In this document: one piece after another, positions 63,926-64,000 of the stretch
Numbering within the stretch: the stretch's first letter is position 1
Layout of the letters: every line of letters begins with the position of its first letter
DNA from: the human T2T-CHM13v2.0 reference genome, Homo sapiens
Length of the DNA stretch: 64,000 nucleotides
Assembly: GCF_009914755.1 (NCBI RefSeq)
Contig: NC_060943.1
Strand: one strand, 5' to 3'
Notes under the pieces: generated by a model
Databases searched by the model: none
What the model was told of the DNA's origin: nothing
The model's input: only the letters and a program-made list of their open reading frames with translations
Position numbers and translations under genes: made by a program

Positions 63926-64000
63926 TGATCCTCCCATCTCAGCCTCCTGAGTAGCTGGGACTACAGGTGTGCAGCACCATACCTGACTAATTTTTTTTCA

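Overview
Primate (human-type) genomic DNA, extremely Alu-dense and layered with older repeats: L1M/L1PA, L2, MIR, LTRs, and Tigger/MER DNA transposons. I find no protein-coding exon I can support; nearly all ORFs in the track are Alu, low-complexity or GC-rich artefacts. The main unique features are (i) a ~2.5 kb CpG island (~32.8-35.3 kb) with two consensus + strand splice donors (after 33107 and 33991), read as alternative first exons followed by a long first intron running off the right end; (ii) a smaller gene-less CpG island (~25.0-25.7 kb) packed with CCAAT, GC-box, CHR and forkhead motifs; and (iii) a full-length 7SL RNA retropseudogene (5821-6120). From memory the large island is the BICRA/GLTSCR1 5' end (19q13.3), which needs BLAT confirmation. 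The best leads are an upstream ATG in a GCCGCC Kozak context present in only one of the two first exons and open through its donor, the orphan cell-cycle-type promoter, a hidden ~120 bp inverted repeat with one arm split by Alus, a 1.28 kb composite insertion with one target-site duplication that carries non-Alu sequence, a perfect 4x27 bp VNTR derived from an L2 tail, and a 15 kb stretch in which every Alu I can see is antisense. I see no evidence of a novel multi-gene system.
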